DNA from: an uncultured Gemmatimonadales bacterium
Lineage (GTDB): Bacteria; Gemmatimonadota; Gemmatimonadetes; Longimicrobiales; Gaopeijiaceae
DNA length: 64,000 nucleotides
Direction: 5' to 3'
Assembly (NCBI GenBank): GCA_963809895.1
Contig: CAWELD010000003.1
Location: 256,001 to 320,000 of the forward strand
Part shown: positions 23,110 to 32,814 of the stretch, one piece after another
Layout: the number at the start of each line of letters is the position of its first letter
How positions within the stretch are numbered: the first letter of the stretch is position 1
Notes under the pieces: model-generated
The model's database searches: none
Told to the model about the DNA's origin: nothing
Seen by the model: only the letters and a program-made list of their open reading frames with translations
Position numbers and translations under genes: made by a program

Positions 23110-23819
23110 GCATCGGGCTCTTCCTGCAGGCCAGAGCGCCCACCAGCGCCCTGGACATGGTGGTGGGGGGAACGCTCCCCACGAAGATCGTCCTCCTGGT
23201 GTTGGCGGTGCTCTCCGTACTGTCCTGGTGGATCATCTTCTGGAAGATGCGTCAGTTCCGGGACGTGCGCCGCCTCGGCGACGACTTCCTGGAATCCATG
23301 GAGCGGGCGCAGCGGCTCGAGGACGCCTACAAGGCCATCCTCACGCTGCCCGAGTCGCCGTACGGCCGGGTCTTTCGCCAGGGGGTGAACTTCTTCAGCG
23401 AGTTGCGGCCCGGAGCACTCCGCGAAGGCGTGGACGTGCCGGGGCTGTCGTCGGCCCAGCTCGAGGCGCTGCGCCTGGTCCTGGAAAAGGAAGAGGCCGA
23501 GGAGCGCGACGAGTTGTCCCGCGGACTGCCGGTGCTGGCAGTGGTGGGCTCGGTCTCGCCGCTGATGGGACTGTTGGGCACCGTCATCGGCGTCATGAAC
23601 GCGTTCCTGGGGATTACCGCCACGGGCTCCGCCAACATCGGCGCCGTGGCCCCCGGGGTGGCGGAGGCCCTGATCACCACGGTGGCGGGCCTGTTCGTGG
23701 CGATTCCCGCGGTCATCGCCTACAACCTGTTCGTGGCGAAGCTGAACCTGGTGAGCGGCGAGCTGGAGGGCTTTTCCAGCGAGTTCATCGGGACCCTTGC
23801 CCGTGAAGGCAGGGTCTAA
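23106..23819 (+). CDS. tolQ: TolQ (MotA/TolQ/ExbB family)
   Basis: SPLMGLLGTVIGVM, VAPGVAEALITT..GL.VAIPA; first gene of the tol-pal cluster. Confidence 0.9.
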   Translation: MSIGLFLQARAPTSALDMVVGGTLPTKIVLLVLAVLSVLSWWIIFWKMRQFRDVRRLGDDFLESMERAQRLEDAYKAILTLPESPYGRVFRQGVNFFSELRPGALREGVDVPGLSSAQLEALRLVLEKEEAEERDELSRGLPVLAVVGSVSPLMGLLGTVIGVMNAFLGITATGSANIGAVAPGVAEALITTVAGLFVAIPAVIAYNLFVAKLNLVSGELEGFSSEFIGTLAREGRV

Positions 23820-23851
23820 CACGGCATGCGTACCCGTCTGGAGATCACGCC

Positions 23852-24265
23852 ATGATGCGCCGACGCCTGGGGCGGAACGACCTGCCGCTGAGCGCCGACG
23901 TGAACGTCACGTCACTGGTGGACGTGGCCTTCACGCTTCTGGTGATCTTCATCATCACCGCTCCGGTGCTGCAGGGCGGGGTGGAGGTGGCCGTGCCCAA
24001 GGCCGACGTGGCGCCCATCACCTCGCCGGACAAGCCGCTCGTGATCAGCATCCGGCGGGACGGGCGCATCTTCGTGGAGGAGACGGCGTACACGGCGGAG
24101 GAATTCCGGGCGGCCCTCCCCCAGCTCGCCGCGGCGGGTGACATCCGGACCGCGTTCATCCGCGCCGACTCGCTGGCTCCCTACGCGCCGGTGCTCCAGG
24201 TGGTCGGTATCCTGAACGCCGCCGGCGTGGCGCCTTCGCTGGTCGGGGAGCCCTGGGCCCGATGA
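23852..24265 (+). CDS. tolR: TolR (ExbD/TolR family)
   Basis: DVNVTSLVDVAFTLLVIFIITAP, IRAD...Y. Confidence 0.9.
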   Translation: MMRRRLGRNDLPLSADVNVTSLVDVAFTLLVIFIITAPVLQGGVEVAVPKADVAPITSPDKPLVISIRRDGRIFVEETAYTAEEFRAALPQLAAAGDIRTAFIRADSLAPYAPVLQVVGILNAAGVAPSLVGEPWAR

Positions 24266-25038
24266 GCGCGTCGGGAGGGCCTCCGCGCAAGTCGCTGATC
24301 TACTCGGTGGCGCTGCACGCCCTGATCGTGACGGCCATGTTCGTGGCTCCGTCGCTGACCCCCGAGCCGCGGGTCTTCGAGACGTTCCAGGTGCAGATCG
24401 TGTCGCCGCCTCCGGCCGAGCAGGCCGAAGAGGACCTGGCCACGCTGCCCGACGATGAGGTGGTGGTGGAGCGGCCCGATCCGGAGCCTGAGCCGCCGCA
24501 GGAGGAGGCCCCGCCGCCGCCGCAGCCCGAGGCCGAGGCGCCGCCGCCGGAGAAGGAGCCCGAGAAGAAGCCGGAGGAGAAGAAGCCGGAGCAGAAGCCC
24601 GAGACGCCCCCGGCGACCGAGACCAAGAAGCCCACCACCACGGACGAGCCGAAGGAAACCAAGGAGTCCGGCGCGGACATCAACGTCCGCATGGAAGGGC
24701 TGCGGCGGGATTACCCGGCGTACTACAACAGCATCATCGTCGAGATCGACAAGTGCTTCCGGCGGCCTCCCGGCAACTGGACGACGGTGGTCTACTTCGA
24801 AATCCGGCCGGACGGCAGCGTCGCGAACCAGAAGATCGTGACGCGCTCGGGCAACCCCGCCTTCGACTACGCGGCCCTCGGGGCCATCGAATGCGCCGGG
24901 AACGGGCGATTCGGCCCCCTGCCCGAGGATCTGCCGTATGATCGCCTCCCCGTGCAGTTCAGCTTCAAGCCTCGCCAGATCGGCGGCGGTCTCCAGGTCT
25001 TCGACACGCCTCAACCCCCCAGACCCCGGAATCCATGA
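24262..25038 (+). CDS. tolA: TolA/TonB family energy transducer
   Basis: N-terminal TM SVALH, Pro/Glu/Lys-rich linker, C-terminal domain SGNPAFDYAAL.AI. Confidence 0.8.
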   Translation: MSASGGPPRKSLIYSVALHALIVTAMFVAPSLTPEPRVFETFQVQIVSPPPAEQAEEDLATLPDDEVVVERPDPEPEPPQEEAPPPPQPEAEAPPPEKEPEKKPEEKKPEQKPETPPATETKKPTTTDEPKETKESGADINVRMEGLRRDYPAYYNSIIVEIDKCFRRPPGNWTTVVYFEIRPDGSVANQKIVTRSGNPAFDYAALGAIECAGNGRFGPLPEDLPYDRLPVQFSFKPRQIGGGLQVFDTPQPPRPRNP

Positions 25039-26420
25039 CCTCTTCTTGGACGTCCATTCGACGCCACCTGCCGGACGCCCTGGCGTGGGCCGTGACCGCC
25101 CTCGTTCTCATCGCCGTACCTTTCCGGGCCACGGCCCAGGAGACGGAAACCCTCCCGGGGAGTGCAACTGGGCCTGGTCTACGAGAACGCCTACATTCCG
25201 GCGCTGGCGATCCAGCCCTTCGAAGGGCGCTTCGGCGGCCAGGCGGCCGCCGGCTCGGTGGAGGGCATCATCGGCCGCGACCTCCGTTACAGCGACCGCT
25301 TCGAGGTGCTGGACTCGCTGCCGCCGGCGCAGGTGGGGCAGGGCGTGGACTACGCCCTGTGGGACCGCCTGGGGGCCGTCTGGCTTCTCACCGGACAGGT
25401 CGAGGGAAGCGGAGACGGCTTCGTCCTGGTCCTCCAGCTCCACGACGTGGTCTACCGCCAGGTGAAGCAGGAGGGGCGCTTCCGCGTGCCCGATCCCCGG
25501 AGCGAGGGCTTCCGGATGGCCGTGCACCGGGCCTCGGACGCGGTGGTGCAGTGGGCCTTCGGAGAGCCGGGGATGGCGGCGAGTCGCATCGCCTTCGCCA
25601 TGACCCGCGACGGTGGCCAGACCAAGGAGATCTACGTCATCGATTCCGACGGGGAGAACCTGCGCCGGGTGACGGACCACGGCGACATCTCCCTGTCGCC
25701 GAGCTGGTCGCCGGATGGGAGTCACCTCCTGTACATGTCGTACTACCAGGAAGGGCTCATGCGCATCTACGAGCTCGACCTGGCCACGGGGGAGTCTCAA
25801 CAGGTCAACCCGCTCCGCGACGGGAACTACATCACGCCGGTCTACCTGCCCGATGGCCAGCGGATCGCCTTCTCCGTGCTGAGCGGTGCTCGCACGGGGC
25901 TCTTCGTCTACAACCTGCGTCGCGACTGCTGCCTGGAGAACCTGACCGAGAGCCGGTGGGACGATCACGGTCCCACCTTCTCGCCCGACGGCAACACGTG
26001 GTCGTTCAACTCCACGCGGCTGGGGTCGGGTGCGCCGCAGATCTACACCATGTCGACCAACGGTGGCGAACCCGCGAGTTCTTTCGCCCTATCGGTACGG
26101 GAATGGCGGCTATCTACTCGGCGCCCGACTGGTCGCCCTTCGGCGACCTCATGGCCTTCCATGGTCGCGTCGGGCGGACGGGCCGGTATCACATCCTGGT
26201 GGCCCGTATGGGCGAGGGCCGGCGCCTGCTCCAGCTCACCACCGAGGGGAACAACGAGGATCCCTCCTGGGCGCCGGACGGTCGCCACATCGTCTTCTAC
26301 GGCGAGCGGAACTGGGGGAAGGGCATGTTCGTCGTGGACACCGCCACCGGGCGGATCCGGGTCCTCCTGCGCGGCGTGGATGCGGGTGGGCCGGATTGGT
26401 CACCGGCTTGGGACGGGTGA
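25035..26420 (+). pseudogene. tolB: TolB beta-propeller protein interrupted by three apparent +1 frameshifts (probably sequencing error)
   Basis: Signal peptide in frame 25035; TolB body and PD40 repeats (SPSWSPDG, PTFSPDG) in frame 25162; PRVLSPYRYGNGGY in the third frame; final repeats (APDWSP, DPSWAPDG) back in frame 25035. Confidence 0.85.
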
Positions 26421-26608
26421 GAGCCCGGACGGACGACGGGAGAACCGCGACGGGTTGGGCCCGTGGCCATTGCGCAACACCGCATTTCGGGGTATATGCA
26501 TGAGGTGAAGTTGGACGAGATCCGTCCGTCACCCCCACCATTCGAAGGGCTCCCGCCGGCAGATGTCGGCGGGCTGCAGGACGTACATTTCAACCCTCGG
26601 GAGAAGGA

Positions 26609-27205
26609 ATGATCCACCGCCGAGTTCTCGTGCCCCTCGTGGCCGCCTCGCTGTTCGTCGTGGCCTGCAAGAAGGAGCCGCCGCCGCCGCCGGCGCCCAC
26701 GGGGCCGACCCAGGCCCAGCTCGACTCCATGCGGCGTGATTCCATCATGCGCGCGCAGCGCCGGGCGGACTCCATCGCCGCGGAGCAGCGTGCCGCGGCG
26801 GAGCGCGCCGAGGCCGAGCGCCGCATGGCGGCCGCCCGGGCGACGCTGGAGGAGATCGTCCACTTCGACTACGACGAGTCCGCCATCCGTCCCGACGCGG
26901 AGCAGATCCTCCGCCAGAAGGTGGAGATCCTCCGGAACAGCCCTGCCGTGCGCCTGCGCATCGAGGGGCATGCCGACGAGCGTGGGTCGACGGAGTACAA
27001 CCTCGCGCTCGGAAACCGCCGCGCCGAGGCGGTGCGGCAGTTCTTCACCAGCTTCGGGCTGGACGCGGGGCGCTTCACCATCACCTCGTACGGCGAAGAG
27101 CGGCCGCTGGTGAACGCCAGCAACGAGCAGGCCTGGGCCCAGAACCGGCGTGACGAGTTCGTCATCACGGCCGGTGCGGACCAGATCAATCCGCCTTCCG
27201 AGTGA
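26609..27205 (+). CDS. pal: Peptidoglycan-associated lipoprotein Pal
   Basis: Lipobox VVAC, VHFDYD, EGHADERGSTEYNLALG.RRA, SYGEERP, NRR. Confidence 0.95.
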   Translation: MIHRRVLVPLVAASLFVVACKKEPPPPPAPTGPTQAQLDSMRRDSIMRAQRRADSIAAEQRAAAERAEAERRMAAARATLEEIVHFDYDESAIRPDAEQILRQKVEILRNSPAVRLRIEGHADERGSTEYNLALGNRRAEAVRQFFTSFGLDAGRFTITSYGEERPLVNASNEQAWAQNRRDEFVITAGADQINPPSE

Positions 27206-27217
27206 CCTTCTCCTGAG

Positions 27218-27246
27218 CCCTCCCCCGGGACCCTCCCGGGGGAGGG
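27218..27246. terminator. Strong hairpin downstream of pal
   Basis: 13-bp perfect stem ccctcccccggga / tcccgggggaggg; no U-tract, so it may stabilise the transcript rather than terminate it. Confidence 0.45.
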
Positions 27247-27263
27247 TGCGGTATATCCACGGT

Positions 27264-28064
27264 ATGATCATGCGATTCCCTGAAGGGGCGGCTCGCGGGG
27301 CCCTGGCCCTGGCCGTCCTCCTGTCCGTGTCCGCCTGCGCCACCAAAGGCGACCTCCGCAACGTCAACGACCAGATCCGGGCGGTGTCGGCGCGTCAGGA
27401 CTCCATCCTGTCGGAGTTACGCCGCCAGAGCTCGGCGACCCAGGACACGCTGCGCACCACCTCGAACCAGCTCGTGGACATCCGGGGCGAGGTCATCCGC
27501 CGGCTGCAGGCCATCTCCGACGACCTCGACCGCCTGGCCGAGCTCACGGGTGAGAACCAGCGTGGCATCGCCGGGTTGCGCGATCAGATGGACGCCGCGC
27601 GCCGGACTCGTCCGGCCATGGGCATGGTGGACTCGGCCGGCGCCATGGCGGGAGGGGACGAGTTTGCGCCCAGTGGCGGCACCGCGGCCGCCGTGTACGA
27701 AGCCGCCATCGGCCAGTACAACCGGGGGGCGCTGCAGACGGCGCAGATGGCGTTCAACGACTTCCTCCGCCAGTTCCCCAACGACGAGCTCGCGCCCAAG
27801 GCCCATTACTACCTGGGTCAGATTGCCGAGCAGGACGGCGACCTGGACGGCGCGGTGGAGGAATACGCCAGCATCCGGGAGCTCTTCCCGGCCGACCCCC
27901 AGGTGCCCCAGGCGCTCTACCGAATCGCGTTGATCCGCATCCAGCAGGGCGACGAGGACGAGGCGCGCAAGATGCTGGAGACGGTGATCAACACCTATCC
28001 CGACGACCTGGTCACCGACATGGCGCGCAACAAGCTGCGGGAGATCGGCGGCTCGGACCGCTGA
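27264..28064 (+). CDS. cpoB: Cell division coordinator CpoB/YbgF
   Basis: Lipobox VSAC, coiled coil, C-terminal TPRs (FLRQFPNDELAPKAHYYLG); follows pal. Confidence 0.85.
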   Translation: MIMRFPEGAARGALALAVLLSVSACATKGDLRNVNDQIRAVSARQDSILSELRRQSSATQDTLRTTSNQLVDIRGEVIRRLQAISDDLDRLAELTGENQRGIAGLRDQMDAARRTRPAMGMVDSAGAMAGGDEFAPSGGTAAAVYEAAIGQYNRGALQTAQMAFNDFLRQFPNDELAPKAHYYLGQIAEQDGDLDGAVEEYASIRELFPADPQVPQALYRIALIRIQQGDEDEARKMLETVINTYPDDLVTDMARNKLREIGGSDR

Positions 28065-28091
28065 CCGCGGCAGCGGCGGAAGGCACCCGGC

Positions 28092-28592
28092 ATGCGTTGC
28101 CCCGAGTGTGACGCCACCGAGAACCGGGTGGTGGATACCCGCACCAGCCGTGGCGGGCGTGCGGTGCGTCGTCGCCGCGAGTGCCTCGTCTGCGAAACCC
28201 GCTTCACCACCTACGAGTACGTGGAGGAGCGCCCGATCCAGGTGCTCAAGCGCGACGGCAGCGCCGAGGAGTTCAGCCGCGAGAAGCTCCTGCGCAGCCT
28301 CAAGATCGCCTGCGCGAAGCGTCCGGTGTCGGCGGCCGTGATGGAGTCCATCGCCGACCGCATCGAGGAATTGCTCTCGCAGCAGGCGAGCGTGGAGGTC
28401 CCCAGCGAGCGCATCGGCGAGATGGTCATGGACGCGCTACGCCCCCTGGACCGGGTGGCCTACGTCCGTTACGCCTCCGTGTACCGCAACTTCCAGGACA
28501 TCGGCGAATTCCAGGAATTCGTCGACGAGCTCAACACACGCCAGCAGAGGGAGCTCCAGGCCAGGAACCAGGTCGAGCTTCCGCTCCCCTAG
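28092..28592 (+). CDS. nrdR: Transcriptional repressor NrdR
   Basis: MRCPEC, VVDTR, RRRRECLVCETRFTTYE, ATP cone, VAYVRYASVYRNF. Confidence 0.97.
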   Translation: MRCPECDATENRVVDTRTSRGGRAVRRRRECLVCETRFTTYEYVEERPIQVLKRDGSAEEFSREKLLRSLKIACAKRPVSAAVMESIADRIEELLSQQASVEVPSERIGEMVMDALRPLDRVAYVRYASVYRNFQDIGEFQEFVDELNTRQQRELQARNQVELPLP

Positions 28593-28613
28593 CTCCCCGA
28601 CCCGAACCCGCCT

Positions 28614-29420
28614 GTGCCGTCTCGACTGAACCCTCGGGGTGAGATGCCCTTCCTCGATCACCTCGAGGAGCTCCGCTGGCGGATCTTCAAGGTCATGGGG
28701 GCCATCGCGGTGTCGCTGGGCGTGGGTTGGTGGGTGGTGCGGCGCTTCCGGGTCACCTCGCTGCTGGTGCGCCCCATGCAGCCCTATCTCACGGGCGGCA
28801 AGCTGCACGCTTTCCGTCCGACCACGGGCTTTTTTCTCGAGTTGAAGCTGGCGCTGGTGGTGGGGCTGATCCTGGCCTTTCCCATCGTGCTCTACCAGAT
28901 CTGGGCGTTCCTGTCTCCGGCGCTGGAAAAGCACGAGCGCAGGATCATCATTCCCAGCCTCTACATGGGCACGGTGCTCTTCGCGTTGGGCGCCCTCATG
29001 GCGTACGTGGTGGCGCTGCCGGTGAGCCTGCGTTTCCTGTTCGCCTTCCAGCAGGACTTCCTGGCCAACACCATCGGCGCCGACGAGTACCTGTCCTTCG
29101 TCATCCGGCTGCTGGTGGGTTTCGGCGCGATCTTCGAGCTGCCGGTGGTGATCCTGATCCTGTCGGCGATGGGGCTGGTCACCCCTGCCTTCCTGCGGTC
29201 CAAGCGCCGTCACGCCATCGTCATCATCACCATCGTGGCCAGCGTCCTGAGCCCTGGCGACGTGGTCACGGTCACGCTCATGATGATGGTGCCCCTGATC
29301 TTCCTGTACGAGTTCAGTATCTTCCTGTCGGTCCTGGTCACGCGGAAGAAGAAGGAACGGGAGGAGAACACCATCCGGCCGCCTGAAGACCCGCCGGAGG
29401 GTTCCGTGGAGGTGGAATGA
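28614..29420 (+). CDS. tatC: Twin-arginine translocase subunit TatC
   Basis: EMPFLDHLEELRWR, YQIWAFLSPAL, FELPV, LYEFSI. Confidence 0.95.
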   Translation: MPSRLNPRGEMPFLDHLEELRWRIFKVMGAIAVSLGVGWWVVRRFRVTSLLVRPMQPYLTGGKLHAFRPTTGFFLELKLALVVGLILAFPIVLYQIWAFLSPALEKHERRIIIPSLYMGTVLFALGALMAYVVALPVSLRFLFAFQQDFLANTIGADEYLSFVIRLLVGFGAIFELPVVILILSAMGLVTPAFLRSKRRHAIVIITIVASVLSPGDVVTVTLMMMVPLIFLYEFSIFLSVLVTRKKKEREENTIRPPEDPPEGSVEVE

Positions 29421-32371
29421 GACGGACAGGGAGGAAGGGCCTCGGCGTTTCCGCGGGATTCGCGGTGACGCTGGCGCTGGCCCTGTCGGGCGGATCCCTG
29501 GCCGCGCAGCAGGCTCGCCAGGATACCACGGCCCGTCCCGATTCCACCGCGCTCCGCCTGCAGGAGCGGCTCAAGCTCCTGAACCTGCCGCTGGGGGATT
29601 CGTCTCAGGCCTTTCCGTCGGATTCGGTGCCCGAGGGCCAGACGCTGGAGATCTTCCAGGACTCCACCCAGGGCGAGCCCGACGACGTCGTGGCGGCCCT
29701 CAAGCGGCTGCCGGGCTACAGCGCCGCCGAGTATCAGGGTACCGGCGCCGAGTACCTGGCCGACGAGGGGATCCTCTACCTCCACGGTGACACCGCTCAG
29801 AAGGCGGGCTTTCAACAGGGTGGAAACCAGCTTCAGGCCGACTCGCTGATCAAGTACAAGGAGTCGGAGTCCACGGTCAACGCCTTCGGCTCTCCGGTCC
29901 TCATCCCCGTGCAGGGCGACCGGGTGCGCAGCGAGGCCCTGTTCTGGAACCTGGATCGGCAGCAGGGTGCGGCCCTCCAGGCCGAGACCCAGTACAGCGC
30001 CGGCGCCAACTGGCTGGTGAAGGGAGACCTTCCGTTGATCCGCTCGGACCTGGCCTACGGGCACTCCACGATCTTCACCTCCTGCGACCTCGACGTGCCC
30101 CACTACCACTTCGAGACCGACGAGCTGAAGATCGTGAAGGGCAACGTCCTGGTCGCCAGACCGGTCCGCCTCTACTTCGGCGACGTCCCGGTGGCCTGGC
30201 TGCCCTTCATCGCGCAGTCGTTGGCCCGTGGACGCGCCTCGGGCATCCTCACGCCCCAGTTCAGCGTGAACGACATCGTGCGGACCAGCAGTGGCTACCA
30301 GCGGCGCATCAGCAACGTGGGCTTCTACTGGGCCATGAGCGACTACTCGGACGCCATCATCGCCCTGGACTGGTTCGAGAACAACTACACGGCGCTCACC
30401 GGCAACGTGTCCTACAACTGGCTTCGCCAGTTTCTCCAGGGCTCGCTGAGCTTCCGCAACTACTGGCCCGTCGAGGGCGGACGGCAGTTCACGCTGAACA
30501 CCCGTCACAGCTGGGAGATCTCGGAGCGCACGCGCCTGACGCTCAACGGGCGCTACGCTTCCAGCTCGAGCTTCGTGACAAGGAACAGCTTCAATCCCCA
30601 GGAGCTGACCCGCTCCATCGACTCCGACGGAGGCTTCAGCCACCGGTTCGACTGGGGAACGCTGAACGTTTCGGGGAACCGGAAGCAGTACCTCACCGAC
30701 GATCGGGTGGAGATGACGCTGCCCGACGTGAGCCTGTCGCTCAAGACCGTGAGCCTCTTCAAGGCGCCCCAGGCCCGGGCCCGCTGGTTCAACAACATGA
30801 CCTGGAGCGGGGGCGGGAACGTGCGCAGGTCGATCCGCGACTACGCGCCCGACGGCGATCAGTACGACAAGGCCGATCTCTCCGCGAACGCCAACAGCTC
30901 CGTCAGCGTGGGCAACCTGAGCCTCGGCGGAGGCCTGTCGTACCGCGACGCGACGGTTCGGGACTATCCCCTCGACTCGTTGCCGTTCTTCCCGGACATG
31001 GTGGCGGAGCGGGGCATCCAGGCGTTCCAGACCCTGGCGGGCCGTCAGGCCACGGCCGACGTCACCGGCGACCGGGTGGACTACTCCCAGGCCTCGTTGG
31101 AGTGGAACTCCAACATCAGCTACCAGCAGAATCTGATCGGGTCCACCACGCTGACGCCCCGTGTGACGCTCTCGGGGATGGCGCAGCGGGCGGACACCGT
31201 CCAGCTCGCCCAGAGTTTCGTTTCGGGGCCCACGCGCATCGCGTTCGGCGCAACGCTGCGGAGCGACCTGTACGGCTTCTTTCCGGGCTTCGCCGGCTTC
31301 GAGCGCCTGCGCCACAAGTTCTCGCCGTCGTTCAGCTACGACTGGTCGCCGGAGGTGACGCCCACGGACCTTCAGAAGGCGGTGTTCGGCTCGCGGTCGC
31401 TCCAGCCCACCAAGGTCCTCTCCGTGACCCTCAACCAGACCTTCGAAGCCAAGAAGAAGGTGGAGGGCGACACCACGGGCGTGGCGAGCGACTCGACCGG
31501 TACCGCCGTCGACTCCACCGGCGCCGGGGGATTCCAGGTCGGTGAGGACGGTCTGCGTCGGCGAGAGACGGGTGAGGTGGTGACGCTCCTGGGGCTGTCG
31601 ACCAGCGCCATCTCCTACAACTTCGTGGAGGCCGATTCCACCGGGAGCTTCCTCAAGGGCTTCAGCACCACGACGCTGTCCAACACCATCACGTCGGACT
31701 ACCTGCAGGGGCTGCAGATCCGCATGACCCACGAGCTGTTCGACGACCAGGTGGTGGAAGGCGAGGGAGGGGTGACCACGACACGCAAGTTCTCGCCCCA
31801 TCTCTCGCAGCTCAACCTGGGATTTTCGCTCTCCAACCGCTCGTCCATCTTCCGCTGGCTGGGGCTGGCGGGTAGCCGGAACGCATCCGCTCAGCAGCAG
31901 GCTCCCGCGGACTCGGTCGCACGGCCGGGCGAAGAGGAAGACCTGCTGGGCGGGCTCGACGATCCCGCGTCCATGATCCCGGGCACCACCTCACGGCGTC
32001 CGCGGTCCTCGCGGGGCTCGGCTGGGATCGGCGAGTGGTCGGCGAATCTGAGCTACGCGCTCAACCGCCCTCGCTCCGGAGTCGGCGTGAGCCAGATGCT
32101 GCAGGTGAACCTCCGGCTCCAGCCCACGGAACACTGGGAGATGACCTGGCGCACCGGCTACGACCTGGAGAACCACCAGTTCTCGGACCACGTGATCCGG
32201 CTCACGCGCGACCTGCACCGGTGGCAGGCGGACTTCGACTTCCTGCAGACGCCCACGGGCAACTGGGCCTTCCGCTTCAACGTGACGCTCCTGGACAACC
32301 AGGACCTCAAGTTCGACTACCAGCAGCGGAACGTGGATCGGAGCTCGTCGGCCCGTCAGCCGCCGTTTTAA
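29417..32371 (+). CDS. lptD: Putative LPS-assembly protein LptD
   Basis: 984 aa, signal peptide, FTSCD...PHYHF, SGILTP, beta-barrel pattern, RDLHRW near the C-terminus. Confidence 0.82.
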   Translation: MRRTGRKGLGVSAGFAVTLALALSGGSLAAQQARQDTTARPDSTALRLQERLKLLNLPLGDSSQAFPSDSVPEGQTLEIFQDSTQGEPDDVVAALKRLPGYSAAEYQGTGAEYLADEGILYLHGDTAQKAGFQQGGNQLQADSLIKYKESESTVNAFGSPVLIPVQGDRVRSEALFWNLDRQQGAALQAETQYSAGANWLVKGDLPLIRSDLAYGHSTIFTSCDLDVPHYHFETDELKIVKGNVLVARPVRLYFGDVPVAWLPFIAQSLARGRASGILTPQFSVNDIVRTSSGYQRRISNVGFYWAMSDYSDAIIALDWFENNYTALTGNVSYNWLRQFLQGSLSFRNYWPVEGGRQFTLNTRHSWEISERTRLTLNGRYASSSSFVTRNSFNPQELTRSIDSDGGFSHRFDWGTLNVSGNRKQYLTDDRVEMTLPDVSLSLKTVSLFKAPQARARWFNNMTWSGGGNVRRSIRDYAPDGDQYDKADLSANANSSVSVGNLSLGGGLSYRDATVRDYPLDSLPFFPDMVAERGIQAFQTLAGRQATADVTGDRVDYSQASLEWNSNISYQQNLIGSTTLTPRVTLSGMAQRADTVQLAQSFVSGPTRIAFGATLRSDLYGFFPGFAGFERLRHKFSPSFSYDWSPEVTPTDLQKAVFGSRSLQPTKVLSVTLNQTFEAKKKVEGDTTGVASDSTGTAVDSTGAGGFQVGEDGLRRRETGEVVTLLGLSTSAISYNFVEADSTGSFLKGFSTTTLSNTITSDYLQGLQIRMTHELFDDQVVEGEGGVTTTRKFSPHLSQLNLGFSLSNRSSIFRWLGLAGSRNASAQQQAPADSVARPGEEEDLLGGLDDPASMIPGTTSRRPRSSRGSAGIGEWSANLSYALNRPRSGVGVSQMLQVNLRLQPTEHWEMTWRTGYDLENHQFSDHVIRLTRDLHRWQADFDFLQTPTGNWAFRFNVTLLDNQDLKFDYQQRNVDRSSSARQPPF

Positions 32372-32814
32372 CCCGGCGGTCCCCCGAGCAGCAGCACCGG
32401 ATCCTCCTCGCGTCCCCAGCGCCAGACCTCGAAGTGCAGATGGGGCCCCTCGGCGTTGCCGGAGCTTCCGCTGAGCCCGATCACCTGACGTGCCGTCACG
32501 GGGTCCCCTGCACGCACGTCGATGCGCGAGAGATGGGCGTACACGCTGAGGACCGAGCCTCCGTGGTCGAGCCACACCACGCGACCGTATCCGGTCATGG
32601 TGCCCGCGAAGCGGACCGAGCCCGGGGCCATGGCGTGCACCGGAGTGCCCTCGGCCACGTCGATGTCGACGCCTCGGTGCACCTCGGGCAGCCAACCGCG
32701 CCAGCGCACGCCGAAGGGAGAGAGCAGTCGCCCTTCCACGGGCCACCGCGGGATGGCGCACCCCGCGACCACGACCAGAAGGGACAGAGGCGCCAGGCGC
32801 CGAAGCCTTGTCAC
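32368..32814 (-). CDS. M23 family metallopeptidase (lipoprotein)
   Basis: HRGVD, YAHLS, GPHLHFEV; lipobox VAGC. Confidence 0.9.
   Translation of the reverse strand: MTRLRRLAPLSLLVVVAGCAIPRWPVEGRLLSPFGVRWRGWLPEVHRGVDIDVAEGTPVHAMAPGSVRFAGTMTGYGRVVWLDHGGSVLSVYAHLSRIDVRAGDPVTARQVIGLSGSSGNAEGPHLHFEVWRWGREEDPVLLLGGPPG

Noticed and set aside
24470..24670. Short ccggag/gagaag/ccgccg repeats
   Set aside because: They encode the Pro/Glu/Lys linker of TolA; no repeat-spacer structure.
25035..26420. 461-aa ORF as a novel protein
   Set aside because: Its Arg/Gly/Pro-rich middle is an off-frame reading of frameshifted tolB.
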